The notes under the pieces: generated by a model
Told to the model about the DNA's origin: nothing
Databases searched by the model: none
Seen by the model: only the letters and a program-made list of their open reading frames with translations
Shown here: in pieces, positions 29,922-39,655 of the stretch
Layout of the letters: each line of letters starts with the position of its first letter
How positions within the stretch are numbered: position 1 is the stretch's first letter
Program-made: the position numbers and the translations under genes
Assembly: GCA_963715985.1 (NCBI GenBank)
Contig: CAVQSP010000009.1
Coordinates: 1-64,000 of the forward strand
DNA length: 64,000 bases
Reading direction: 5' to 3'
Source of the DNA: an uncultured Thermoleophilia bacterium
Lineage (GTDB): Bacteria; Actinomycetota; Thermoleophilia; UBA2241

Positions 29922-31733
29922 CTACGACGCTGCGACCAGGCTCTTGGCGCGAGCCTCGATGTCCGTGAGGCTGACGTTGGCGACGCTCTCGAGTCCCCGC
30001 CCCGTCATGGCGCCCTCAAGCGCCCGCGCCGCGACCGCGGATGCTTGCGCCACCGTGTCGGGGATGTCTTTGGGGCCCTGGCAGACACCGGCGACGTACA
30101 CACCGCCGCGCTCCGTGCCCGTGGGGTCGCCGTTATAGTCGGCCTCGGTGAACCATCCGTAGCTGTCGCGCGGGATGTCCAGCATCCCGGCGAGCTCGTC
30201 CGAGCGCTCTGCCGGCACGAGGCCGACGGCGAGCAGCACCATGTCCACCGGGAACTCCATGACGCTGTCGCTGAGGATGTCCTCGCCCTTCACGTACATC
30301 TGGCCGTCCTGCGACGTCACCGTCGCCGAACGGCCCCTGATGATGAACGTGCCTTCGTCCTGGATGCGCTCGAAGAAGGCCTCGTAGCCTTTGCCGAACG
30401 CACGCATGTCGATGTAGAACTCGTAGCAGGGCGCCTCGGGCAGCTTCTCCTTCACGAGATGGGCGAACTTGAGCGAGTACATGCAGCACACGCGGGAGCA
30501 GTAGGCGTTGTAGTTCGTGTCGCGCGAGCCCACGCAGTGGATGATGGCCACGCTTCGCGGCGCGGCGCCCTCGGGGTCGAAGACCCATTCGTCGACCTTC
30601 TTGCGCTTGTTGTGACGCAGCGTCTTGGTGACGATGCGGCCGCCCGTCGGGCCCGACGCGTTCGTGAGCCGTTCGAACTCCAGGGCCGTGAGGACGTTAG
30701 GGTGCACGCCGTAGCCGTATTGCTCGATCCTCGCGGCGTCGAGCGTCTCGTAGCCGGTCGCCACGATCACGCTGCCGACCTCGACCTGCATGACGTCGCC
30801 GTGCGCATCCAGGTCGATGCAGTCCTTGGGGCACTTCTTCGCGCACGCCCCGCACTTCTGCCCGTTGGTCTGCACGTAGGTGCACGATGCTTCGTCGACC
30901 AGGTAGGCGTTGGGCACCGCCTGCGGGAAGGGGATGTACACGGCCTTGCGGTCGGCGATGCCGGCGTCGAACTCACTGGGCACGCTGACTGGACAGACGT
31001 CACTGCACATGGCGCAGGCCACGCAGGCGCTCTCATCCACCCGGCGTGCGTGTCTGAGGATCGTGGCCTTGAACGCCCCGGGGACGCCCGTGACCGACTC
31101 GACCTCGGAGTACGTGAGGAGGTCGATCATCTCGTGCTGGCCCACGGCCACCATCTTCGGGGTCAGGATGCAGGCCGCGCAGTCGAGCGTGGGGAAGGTC
31201 TTGTCGAACATGGCCATGTGGCCGCCGATGGTGCCCGAGCGCTCGACGAGGTAGACCCTCTTGCCGCCGTCGGCGATCTCCAAGGCGGCCTGGATGCCCG
31301 CGATGCCGCCGCCGATGACCAGCGTGGCGGCGCCCCACTTCGTGTCCTTCGGCTGTGCGGCGAGCGTGAAGGGAACGCCGTACACCGCGCACGCGGCGAT
31401 CGCCTTGGCCCGCGCGGTCGCGCCTTCCCCGCCCGTGGCGTGCTCGCGGAACGAGGCGAGCCTCACCTCATCCGGCTCGCCGCCCGCAAGCGCCATGGCG
31501 CGCGTGAAGGCCGGCTTGAAGAAGCCGGGGGAATCCCCGGCGATGACGATCCGGTCGAGATGCTCGGCGGCGATCTCGTCGGCGAGCACTTTTGGGTCGA
31601 GCTTGGGCATCACGCCAAGCTGCCTCACGACCTCCACTTGAGGCAGGTTCGCCACGTAGCGGGCGACGGACTCGAGGTTCACGCCGTCGCCGTCGTCGCC
31701 GCCGGCCCGGCACTCATAGACTCCGATCCTCAT
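29922..31733 (-). CDS. hdrA: HdrA-like flavoprotein with degenerate N-domain and inserted ferredoxin but no C-terminal ferredoxin
   Basis: GGGIAG, KTFPTLDCAAC, CVACAMCSDVCP, CGACAKKCP, EFER, CSRVCC, DMRAFGK, GPKDIPD. ATG at 31733 after GGAGG. Confidence 0.88.
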   Translation of the reverse strand: MRIGVYECRAGGDDGDGVNLESVARYVANLPQVEVVRQLGVMPKLDPKVLADEIAAEHLDRIVIAGDSPGFFKPAFTRAMALAGGEPDEVRLASFREHATGGEGATARAKAIAACAVYGVPFTLAAQPKDTKWGAATLVIGGGIAGIQAALEIADGGKRVYLVERSGTIGGHMAMFDKTFPTLDCAACILTPKMVAVGQHEMIDLLTYSEVESVTGVPGAFKATILRHARRVDESACVACAMCSDVCPVSVPSEFDAGIADRKAVYIPFPQAVPNAYLVDEASCTYVQTNGQKCGACAKKCPKDCIDLDAHGDVMQVEVGSVIVATGYETLDAARIEQYGYGVHPNVLTALEFERLTNASGPTGGRIVTKTLRHNKRKKVDEWVFDPEGAAPRSVAIIHCVGSRDTNYNAYCSRVCCMYSLKFAHLVKEKLPEAPCYEFYIDMRAFGKGYEAFFERIQDEGTFIIRGRSATVTSQDGQMYVKGEDILSDSVMEFPVDMVLLAVGLVPAERSDELAGMLDIPRDSYGWFTEADYNGDPTGTERGGVYVAGVCQGPKDIPDTVAQASAVAARALEGAMTGRGLESVANVSLTDIEARAKSLVAAS

Positions 31734-31794
31734 CTCGCCCTCCGTGGCCGCGTCGCCTGGTGACCTGGCAGCGGGCACAGCCCCGCTGCGGACC

Positions 31795-31843
31795 TTGTGA
31801 AACCGCCCACATGGCATACTAGACTTACCCTACGGAGCGTCAA
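31795..31843 (-). promoter_or_regulatory. Sigma70-type promoter with an overlapping Rex/CRP-like operator for the hdrA-qmoC-mvh operon
   Basis: Minus strand TTGACG-N16-TAGTAT, followed 3 nt later by ATGTGGGCGGTTTCACAA. Confidence 0.65.
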
Positions 31844-32084
31844 GGGTGTTCGAGCAAATATCAGGTAATAACCCTACTCTTCTTGCCATGTCGCTCAGCA
31901 TTCGGCCTGGTACGAGCCTCCTGTGCTACTCGGAGATCGCCATGCCGGTCCCCCTACGACGTTGCCAGAAGACGCCCCAGCACATATCGTGATGACAAGG
32001 ACGTGGCATGGTCCTAAGGTGATGCTCGTACCCCGCCTTGTGCGGTCGAGCACAAGACAGTGACTGACGGCTGGAGGGGCGGCA

Positions 32085-33386
32085 GTGGGCCTGCAGTCAA
32101 CGCTTCGCTATCTGGATCCGTTCCGCGAACGGGGGACGCGGCACAAGATCAGCGCCGACGAGCGCGCCACGCTGCGCATGGTCAACCAGAAGGTCGCCGC
32201 CAAGCAGTCCCTCAACGATATCGCCGACTTCCTCTTCGAACGCACGAGGTCACTCGTGCCCTGCGATCGCATCGGGCTGGCGTTCATCGACGACAGTGGC
32301 GAGCGCGTCATCGCCCACTACGCCCGGGCCGACTATCAGCCTCTCCTGCTGACGAAGGGGTACGCCGCCGACCTCAAAGGCGGCTCGCTGGAGCGGGTCA
32401 TCAAGAACGCCCAGCCGCGCATCATCGACGATCTCGAGACGCACGCCCACGAGCACCCCGCGAGCCACTCGTCTCACCTTCTGCTGCGCGAGGGTGTCCG
32501 ATCCAGTATCACGTGTCCTCTGACCGTCGAGGGGCGCGTCGTCGGGTTCATGTTCCGCGATTCGCGCCGCCCCGGCGCCTTCAACGCCCACCACGTCGAT
32601 CTGGAGATGGCCATCTCCGAGCGTCTGAGCCAAGCCGTCGAGAAGGCGTGGCGCATCGAGCAGCTTACGGCCGCCAATCAGGCGTACCTGGAGATGCTCG
32701 CGTTCGTGAGTCACGAGATCAAGAACCCCATTGCGTCGCTCGTGACGGATGCGCGCCTGCTGTCCCAGGGGTATCTCGGCGCTCTCGAACCTCAGCAGGT
32801 GGACAAGGTCGACCGGATGATCGGCAAGGGGGAGTATCTCCTGAGCCTCGTGCAGGACTACCTGGATCTCGCCCGGATCGACGGGGGCGGTCTCACCCTC
32901 ACCAAGCGCGAGGATGTGGACATCGTGACGGACGTCATCGCGCCGTCCATCGACCTGGTGCGCGCGGACATGGATCGCCGCGGCATGCAGCTGGAGCTGG
33001 ACCTTCCGCGCGACACGGTGAAGGCCGAGTGTGATCCCATGCTGTTGCGCATCGTGATGGTGAACCTCATCGGCAATGCGGTGAAGTACGGCGACGAGTC
33101 CGGCACCATCCGCGTGCGAGTCCTGCGGGAGCCCTCCCGACTCGAGGTCTCGGTGTGGAACGAGGGTCCCGGGTTCCAGCCTGAGGACCGTGGGCGCCTC
33201 TTCCAGCGGTTCTCGCGCCTGCGAACGCCGCACGGCGAGACCAGGCGCGGGACCGGCGTCGGGCTGTACAGCGCCTGGCGCATCGTGCGCCTGCACAACG
33301 GGCGCATCCGCGCCCGCTCCGAACCGGGCTCCTGGGCCGAGTTCTCCTTCGAGCTCGCGCAGCCGCTCGATCTTCCCGGGACCTGA
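32085..33386 (+). CDS. Cytoplasmic GAF-domain histidine kinase
   Basis: N-terminal GAF, H-box FVSHEIKNP, NLIGNAVKY, NEGPG, GTGVGL. Confidence 0.9.
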   Translation: MGLQSTLRYLDPFRERGTRHKISADERATLRMVNQKVAAKQSLNDIADFLFERTRSLVPCDRIGLAFIDDSGERVIAHYARADYQPLLLTKGYAADLKGGSLERVIKNAQPRIIDDLETHAHEHPASHSSHLLLREGVRSSITCPLTVEGRVVGFMFRDSRRPGAFNAHHVDLEMAISERLSQAVEKAWRIEQLTAANQAYLEMLAFVSHEIKNPIASLVTDARLLSQGYLGALEPQQVDKVDRMIGKGEYLLSLVQDYLDLARIDGGGLTLTKREDVDIVTDVIAPSIDLVRADMDRRGMQLELDLPRDTVKAECDPMLLRIVMVNLIGNAVKYGDESGTIRVRVLREPSRLEVSVWNEGPGFQPEDRGRLFQRFSRLRTPHGETRRGTGVGLYSAWRIVRLHNGRIRARSEPGSWAEFSFELAQPLDLPGT

Positions 33387-33397
33387 GAGAGCGCCTC

Positions 33398-34498
33398 ATG
33401 GATGCGGCTACACTCCCAGATGCCGAGACTCGCGCGCGGACGGCGACAGGCCGCGCCGACGGCGGACGCGCCGGCGGGCGACCGCGGCCGCGACGCCCCA
33501 TGGTCCTGCGGGTGGTGCTCGTGAACGCAGTGTTGGCGGCGTGCGTGGCCGGCGGGAGCGTGATGGCCGCGAGGACGGCCGGAGACCGGCAGGGCCTCGT
33601 CGCGGCGGCGCTGGTCATCGGCGCAGCGTGCGCAGCCGTACTGGTCAACATCCTCTTCGTGGGCCCGGCGGGAAGGCTGCTGGGCGACCTCGCCGGCGCC
33701 ATGGAGAACGCGCACCGCGGTGAGATGGAGTGTCGCGTGAAGGACGACTGGCGCGACCCGGACCTCCGCCGGCTGTCGACATCGTTCAACGAGATGTGCC
33801 GCCGCCTCGGGAACGAGTCTCTGAACTACGCGGAGAGGCAGCTCGGCAGCGTGGAGGAGGAGCGCCGGCGGATCGGACGGGAGCTCCACGACGAGACCAG
33901 CCAGACCCTCACCGCCACGCTCGTGCGCCTGGATCTGTGCGACAAGGCGATGCAGGACCACGACGCGGCTGAAGCCCACCGTCAGGCCGTCACCTGCAAA
34001 GAGCTCATCGGCCACGCGATCGAGGAGATCAAGCTGCTCGTGTACGACCTGCGGCCCGTGATGCTCGATGACTTCGGCCTGGTCCCGACCCTGCGCTGGT
34101 ACATCCAGTCGCACCTGCAGGATGTGGGGCCTGCGATCGACACCGACTTCGAGGAGGCCGATCGGCGCCTTCCCGGCGAGATCGAGACCGCGCTGTATCG
34201 CATCTCTCAGGAAGCTCTGGGCAACGCCGTCCGGCACGCCGAGGCCACCAAGATCCATCTGCGTCTGGTCACCAAGCCCGGGTTCGTGAGCCTGGCGGTG
34301 ATCGACAACGGGCGGGGCTTCGAGATGGACTCCCTGCACCACAGCGACAGCCGCCGCGGCGTAGGATTGGTCTCCTTGAGAGAGCGCGTCGAGCTGGTGG
34401 GGGGGACGGTGAACGTCGAGTCGGCAATCGGCCGCGGGACACGTTTGTACGTGCTCATACCGCTGAACGGCGAGACCACCGGCGAGGGAAGACCATGA
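33398..34498 (+). CDS. Membrane histidine kinase, HisKA_3 (NarX/UhpB type) with HAMP
   Basis: Two TM helices, ERRRIGRELHDETSQ, LRPVMLDDFGL, QEALGNAVRHA, DNGRGF. Confidence 0.9.
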   Translation: MDAATLPDAETRARTATGRADGGRAGGRPRPRRPMVLRVVLVNAVLAACVAGGSVMAARTAGDRQGLVAAALVIGAACAAVLVNILFVGPAGRLLGDLAGAMENAHRGEMECRVKDDWRDPDLRRLSTSFNEMCRRLGNESLNYAERQLGSVEEERRRIGRELHDETSQTLTATLVRLDLCDKAMQDHDAAEAHRQAVTCKELIGHAIEEIKLLVYDLRPVMLDDFGLVPTLRWYIQSHLQDVGPAIDTDFEEADRRLPGEIETALYRISQEALGNAVRHAEATKIHLRLVTKPGFVSLAVIDNGRGFEMDSLHHSDSRRGVGLVSLRERVELVGGTVNVESAIGRGTRLYVLIPLNGETTGEGRP

Positions 34499-35169
34499 GT
34501 CCGAGCGAGAGAAGTGAACCTATCAGGGTCCTGCTTGTCGACGACCACGCCATCCTGCGCCAGGGCGTGCACGCCCTGCTCGCGCGCGAGCCGGACATCC
34601 TCGTGGTGGGAGAAGCCGGCGATGGGCAGGAGGCGCTGGACCAGATGCCCGAACTGCTCCCCGACGTCGTCATCATGGACATCGTCATGCCCCGCATGAA
34701 CGGCCTCGAGGCGACACGGCTGCTCAAGGAGCGGTATCCGCATGTCCGTACCCTCATCCTCAGCATGTACGACGACCAGGAGTATGTCGTGCAGATCATC
34801 CAGGCGGGCGCCGCCGGCTACGTGCTCAAACGGGTGGTGACCGAGGATCTTGTGAGAGCCATCCACGAAGTCCATGCGGGAGGCTCGTTTCTCTATCCGC
34901 CCATCGCGGCCACGCTCATCGGCGACTACCTGCGCGTCACTCAGGGCGAGCAGCCCGCCGACCAGGGCGAACCCCTCACGGCCAGGGAGCGCGAGGTGCT
35001 CAAGCTGATCGCCGAGGGCAACACCAACATCGCGATCGCCGAACGCCTCGGCCTGAGCCGCAAGACCGTCGACACCCATCGCGCGCACGCCATGCGCAAG
35101 CTGGACCTCCACGAGGTGACCGAAGTCGTGAAGTACGCGCTGCGCACGGGGCTCATCACGCTGGACTGA
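34495..35169 (+). CDS. NarL/LuxR family response regulator
   Basis: LLVDDH, IMDIVMP, LTAREREVLKLIAEG, KTVDTHR. Confidence 0.93.
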   Translation: MSPSERSEPIRVLLVDDHAILRQGVHALLAREPDILVVGEAGDGQEALDQMPELLPDVVIMDIVMPRMNGLEATRLLKERYPHVRTLILSMYDDQEYVVQIIQAGAAGYVLKRVVTEDLVRAIHEVHAGGSFLYPPIAATLIGDYLRVTQGEQPADQGEPLTAREREVLKLIAEGNTNIAIAERLGLSRKTVDTHRAHAMRKLDLHEVTEVVKYALRTGLITLD

Positions 35170-35210
35170 CGCCCAGCGGCGTGCCTTCTGCTGGCCGCGC
35201 GGCTACCGCG

Positions 35211-35429
35211 TCACGCGGTCTCCGCCTGCGGCGGCCGCGTGAAGCCGTCCACGATGCGCAGCACGCCGTACACGATGAGGTACAGGCCGATCAGCCACAG
35301 GATGGCGAGGGCGCCGCTCACCGGGTAGGCGAAGAAGACGATACCGACGACGATCGAGAGGACGCCGAGGACGATCATCAGGATCCCGGTGATGACCGAC
35401 AAAGCCATCCACGCCCCCCTGCTTCTCAT
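35211..35429 (-). CDS. Small DUF308/HdeD-like membrane protein, 72 aa
   Basis: AAGGAG RBS, GVLSIVVGIV..P, WLIGLYLIVYG. Confidence 0.7.
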   Translation of the reverse strand: MRSRGAWMALSVITGILMIVLGVLSIVVGIVFFAYPVSGALAILWLIGLYLIVYGVLRIVDGFTRPPQAETA

Positions 35430-35559
35430 GTGCCGCTCCTTCTCGCGATTCGACGACTGCCCCGCATGACTGCCCCGCTCATACACTATCGCGGCGGCCC
35501 GGGCGCTGTCTCCGGGCCAGGCACGGCATCCCGCTGAGCGTGAGCGTATACTGCCCCTC

Positions 35560-36489
35560 ATGACTCAGCTCAACGAACTCCAGCGGGAACTCCGCCACCT
35601 CGCGGAGGAGCGCGATGCGGTCATCTTGGCGCACAACTACCAGCGCCCGGAGGTGCAGGACGCCGCCGACTACACCGGCGACTCCCTCGAGCTCTCGCGC
35701 ATCGCGCAGAAGGACCCGCACAGCGTCATCCTGTTCTGCGGTGTGCACTTCATGGCCGAGACGGCCTACATCCTCTCGCCGCAGAAGACGGTGCTCATGC
35801 CGGACAAACGCGCCGGCTGCCCCATGGCCGACATGGTCACGGTGCACGGCCTGCGCGACCTCAAGGCCAGGCATCCCGACGCCGTGGTGGTCTCCTACGT
35901 GAACACCTCCGCGGACATCAAGGCCGAGACCGACGTGTGCTGCACGAGCGCCAACGCGGTGCAGATCGTGGAGCGCTTCCCCAAGGACCAGAAGATCATC
36001 TTCGTTCCCGACCGCAACCTGGGCGACTACGTCGCCCGCCAGAGCGGTCGCGAGGAGACCATGATCCTCTGGCAGGGCTGGTGCCACGTGCACGACGACT
36101 TCCGCGCCGCCGAGATCGAGCAGATCCGTGCCGACAACCCCGGCGCCGTGCTCATGGCGCACCCGGAGAGCCGCCGCGAGGTGCTGGACATCGCGGACGT
36201 GGTCACCAGCACGTCGGGGATGCTGCGCTACCCCGCCGGCAGCGACGCCACGACGTTCATCGTCGCCACGGAGACCGGCTTGCTGTACCGCCTCGGCATC
36301 CTGTACCCGGAGAGGAAGTTCATCCCCGCCTCGAGCAGGGCCGTGTGCCCCAACATGAAGCTCACCACGCTGGAGAAGTGCGTCGCCGCTTTGAGCGACG
36401 AGTGGGACGACGTGCTCGACCACGAGGTCACCGTCGGCGAGCACATCCGCCTCAAGGCGCTGGCCGCCGTCCAGCGGATGCTCGAGTAG
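35560..36489 (+). CDS. nadA: Quinolinate synthase
   Basis: ILAHNYQ, GDSLELS, FCGVHFMAET, AGCPMAD, YVNTSA, TSANA, AHPE, CPNMK. Confidence 0.95.
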   Translation: MTQLNELQRELRHLAEERDAVILAHNYQRPEVQDAADYTGDSLELSRIAQKDPHSVILFCGVHFMAETAYILSPQKTVLMPDKRAGCPMADMVTVHGLRDLKARHPDAVVVSYVNTSADIKAETDVCCTSANAVQIVERFPKDQKIIFVPDRNLGDYVARQSGREETMILWQGWCHVHDDFRAAEIEQIRADNPGAVLMAHPESRREVLDIADVVTSTSGMLRYPAGSDATTFIVATETGLLYRLGILYPERKFIPASSRAVCPNMKLTTLEKCVAALSDEWDDVLDHEVTVGEHIRLKALAAVQRMLE

Positions 36490-36530
36490 CTCGCACGTCC
36501 TGCGGGGCCGCGTGCCCGCCGGTTCTGCCG

Positions 36531-36747
36531 CTATCGCGTCGCCAGCAACTCCGAGACCGTCACGAAGCCGTAGCCGCGTGCGGCCAGCGCCTCCAGGATC
36601 AGCGGCAGCGCGCGCCGTGAGGCGTCGGCGGCTCTGGCCCCACGGGTGCAGCAGGATGATGGAGCCCGGCCGCACGTTGGCGAGCACGTAGCGCACCATG
36701 GCCTGCGGGTCGCCGGCGCATGGGCTCCGGGCTGGGAACTTCGCCAC
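36531..36747 (-). pseudogene. C-terminal remnant of a polysaccharide deacetylase
   Basis: VRPGSIILLHPW, then after a frameshift ALPLILEALAARGYGFVTVSELL. The N-terminal part is absent. Confidence 0.65.
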
Positions 36748-36843
36748 AGCGCTCTAAGATGAACGCAGTCATCGAGCAGACGCGGAGTGCGCCGAGGCCG
36801 ACCGGTGCCCCGGCGAAGCATCCCCGAGAGGAGTTGAGCGAGC

Positions 36844-38598
36844 ATGACATACATGACCGCCAGCGAGGCCATGGTCGAGACCCTCCGCATGGAGGGTGTG
36901 ACCGAGGTCTTCGGCATCGTCGGATCCGCCTACATGGACGCGCTCGACCTGTTCCCGGCCGCAGGCATCCGCTTTCTCGCTGTGCGGCACGAGCAGTCAG
37001 CGGCGCACATGGCCGACGCCTACGCGCGCGTCACCGGGCGCGCCTCCATGTGCACGGGTCAGAACGGCCCGGGCATCACGAACATGGTGACCGGCATCGC
37101 CGCGGCCTACCACGCACACTCGCCCGTGATCCTGCTCACCCCGTCATCGATGAGCGCCTTCCGCGGCCTTGACGGCTTCCAGGAGGTGGACCAGCTCCCC
37201 ATCTTCAGCACCGTCACGAAGTTCCAGATCCAGGTGAACCGGCCCGACCGCATCGCGGAGGCTTTGCGCACCGCCATCCGTGCCGCCTACGCCGAGCGCG
37301 GGCCGGTGCAGATCGACGTCCCGCGCGACTACTTCTACGGCGAGGCCGATTACGCCATCCTCGAACCGCAGGAGTACCGGGCCTGGAAGCGGGGCGCCGG
37401 CGACGATGAGTCGCTGGACCTCGCCGCCGACGTGCTGGCCGCCGCGAAGAACCCGGTCATCATCGCGGGGCTCGGCGTCACCGAGACCGATGCCGCCGGC
37501 GTGGTCTCCCGGCTGGCGCAGCAACTCGGAGCGCCGGTAGTGACGTCGTACCAGCACACCGACGCGTTCCCATACACCGACCCGCTCGCGGTCGGGCCGA
37601 TCGGCTACCAGGGATCCAAGGCGGCCATGACGCTGCTCTCCAGAGCCGACGTCGTGTTCGCGCTCGGCACCCGCCTGAACCCGTTCGGCAACCTGCCGCA
37701 GTACGGGTTCGACTACTTTCCCAGCGACGCGAAGATCGTCCAGGTCGACATCGACTATCGCCAGGTCGGCCGCATCAAGCCACTCGCGGTGGGCATCATC
37801 GGCGATGCCAAAGCGGCTGCCGAGGCCATCCACAGCCGCCTCGTCGCTCGACAGGGGGCCAGGATCGCGGACCCCGCCCGCCTGGCCGAGATCGCCGGAG
37901 CCAAGCTCGCCTGGACGGAGGAGCTCGCCTCCTGGTCGCGCTCGGATGCGAGCCCCATCAGCCCGCGTCGCGCGCTGGCCGAGCTCGCCGCCGCTCTGCC
38001 CGAGGACGCCATCGTGACCAGCGACATCGGCAACGTCTGTTCGGTCGCGAACGCGTACCTGAGGTTCGCAAGGCCGCGCTCGTTCCTGCCGGCGCTGGGC
38101 TTCGGCAATTGCGGCTTCGCCTACCCGGCCGCGCTGGGAGCCAAGGTCGCCGCCCCCGAGCGCCCTGTGGCGGCCATCATCGGCGACGGGGCCTGGGGGA
38201 TGAGCCTGCATGAAGTCATGACCGCGGTGGAGGAGGATCTCCCGGTCGTCGCCCTCGTCTACAACAACCAGCAGTGGGGCGCCGAGAAGAAGAACCAGAT
38301 CGACTTCTACGACGACCGCTTCGTGGGCGCCGACATCGGCAGGAGCATCGGCGGCTTCGACTTCGCGGCGATCGCCACCGCGATGGGAGCCGACGGTATC
38401 CGCGTGACGCACCCGGGCGACCTCGCCGACGCCTATCGCTCGGCCTTCGCCTCCGGTCGTCCGACCGTCCTCGAGATCATGGTGGACCCGGAGGAGCTGG
38501 CGGAACCGTTCCGCCGGGACGCGCTCCAGACGCCGAAGCGCTACCTGGACCGCTACCGGCATCTGGACGTGGACAACTTCTCCGCGCCCCCGGAGTGA
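36844..38598 (+). CDS. xsc: Sulfoacetaldehyde acetyltransferase (TPP enzyme)
   Basis: SEAMVETL, FGIVGSAYMD, HEQSAAHMAD, QNGPGITN, GYQGSKAAM, DIGNVCS, GDGAWGMS, WGAEKKNQIDFYDDRF. Confidence 0.88.
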   Translation: MTYMTASEAMVETLRMEGVTEVFGIVGSAYMDALDLFPAAGIRFLAVRHEQSAAHMADAYARVTGRASMCTGQNGPGITNMVTGIAAAYHAHSPVILLTPSSMSAFRGLDGFQEVDQLPIFSTVTKFQIQVNRPDRIAEALRTAIRAAYAERGPVQIDVPRDYFYGEADYAILEPQEYRAWKRGAGDDESLDLAADVLAAAKNPVIIAGLGVTETDAAGVVSRLAQQLGAPVVTSYQHTDAFPYTDPLAVGPIGYQGSKAAMTLLSRADVVFALGTRLNPFGNLPQYGFDYFPSDAKIVQVDIDYRQVGRIKPLAVGIIGDAKAAAEAIHSRLVARQGARIADPARLAEIAGAKLAWTEELASWSRSDASPISPRRALAELAAALPEDAIVTSDIGNVCSVANAYLRFARPRSFLPALGFGNCGFAYPAALGAKVAAPERPVAAIIGDGAWGMSLHEVMTAVEEDLPVVALVYNNQQWGAEKKNQIDFYDDRFVGADIGRSIGGFDFAAIATAMGADGIRVTHPGDLADAYRSAFASGRPTVLEIMVDPEELAEPFRRDALQTPKRYLDRYRHLDVDNFSAPPE

Positions 38599-38663
38599 AC
38601 CGGGAGGCCGGCGGCATGCCGATCCGCGCGGCGCTTGCGGACCCGCCGGGTCGCGCCTCCCGG

Positions 38664-39620
38664 TCAGCCTGCGACGCCCGCTCCGGCCACGGGCTCCGGC
38701 TCCGCGAACAGGACCGTGGAGAGGTAGCGCTCGCCTGTGTCGCACAGCACCGTCACGATGAGCTTGCCACGGTTCTCCGGACGGCTGCCGACCACATACG
38801 CGGCGTACACGTTGGCGCCGGCGCTGATGCCCACCAGCACGCCCTCGGCGGCAAGCTCACGAGCGGACTCCAGGGCCTGGTCGTTGGTGACCTTGACGAC
38901 CTCGTCGTACACCGCGGTGTCGAGCACCGCGGGCACGAAGCCGGCGCCCATGCCCTGGATCTTGTGCGGCCCCGGATCCCCACCGCTGAGCACCGGCGAG
39001 TCGGCGGGCTCGGCGGCCACGATCTGCACGCCGGGCTTGCGCTCCTTGAGCACCTGACCCACGCCGGTGACCGTGCCACCCGTCCCCACGCCGGCCACGA
39101 AGACGTCCACGGTGCCGTCGGTGTCGGTCCACACCTCTTCCGCGGTGGTGCGGCGATGGACCTCAGGGTTGGCGGGGTTCTCGAACTGCTGCGGCATGAA
39201 CGCGCCGGGGATCTCCTGGCTGAGCTCCGTGGCCTTTGCGATGGCGCCCTTCATGCCCTGGGCGCCGGGGGTGAGCACCAGCTCGGCGCCGTACGCGCGC
39301 AGCAGGTTGCGGCGCTCGATGCTCATCGTCTCCGGCATGGTGAGCAGCACCTTGTACCCGCGCGCCGCAGCGACCATGGCGAGGGCGATGCCGGTGTTGC
39401 CGCTCGTCGGCTCGACGATGGTCGTGCCGTCCGGCGAGACGAGACCGGCCCGCTCGGCGGCGTCGAACATGGAGAGACCGATGCGGTCCTTCACGCTGCC
39501 GCCGGGGTTGAACGACTCCAGCTTGCCCACGATGGTGGCGCCCGAGCGCTCCGAGATGCCGCGCAGCTTGACGAGCGGCGTGCCGCCGATGAGCTCCGTG
39601 ATGTCGTTGGCGATCCTCAT
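38664..39620 (-). CDS. cysK: Cysteine synthase A
   Basis: [53 protein letters not shown]. Confidence 0.93.
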   Translation of the reverse strand: MRIANDITELIGGTPLVKLRGISERSGATIVGKLESFNPGGSVKDRIGLSMFDAAERAGLVSPDGTTIVEPTSGNTGIALAMVAAARGYKVLLTMPETMSIERRNLLRAYGAELVLTPGAQGMKGAIAKATELSQEIPGAFMPQQFENPANPEVHRRTTAEEVWTDTDGTVDVFVAGVGTGGTVTGVGQVLKERKPGVQIVAAEPADSPVLSGGDPGPHKIQGMGAGFVPAVLDTAVYDEVVKVTNDQALESARELAAEGVLVGISAGANVYAAYVVGSRPENRGKLIVTVLCDTGERYLSTVLFAEPEPVAGAGVAG

Positions 39621-39655
39621 GGTTGTCTTCTCCTTGTGGATGGACGTGTCGCTGA

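Noticed and set aside
12514-31733. Evidence for methanogenesis or sulfate reduction
   Set aside because: No mcr, mtr, aprAB, sat or dsr in the window. Hdr/Mvh/Qmo-like genes occur in many other anaerobes.
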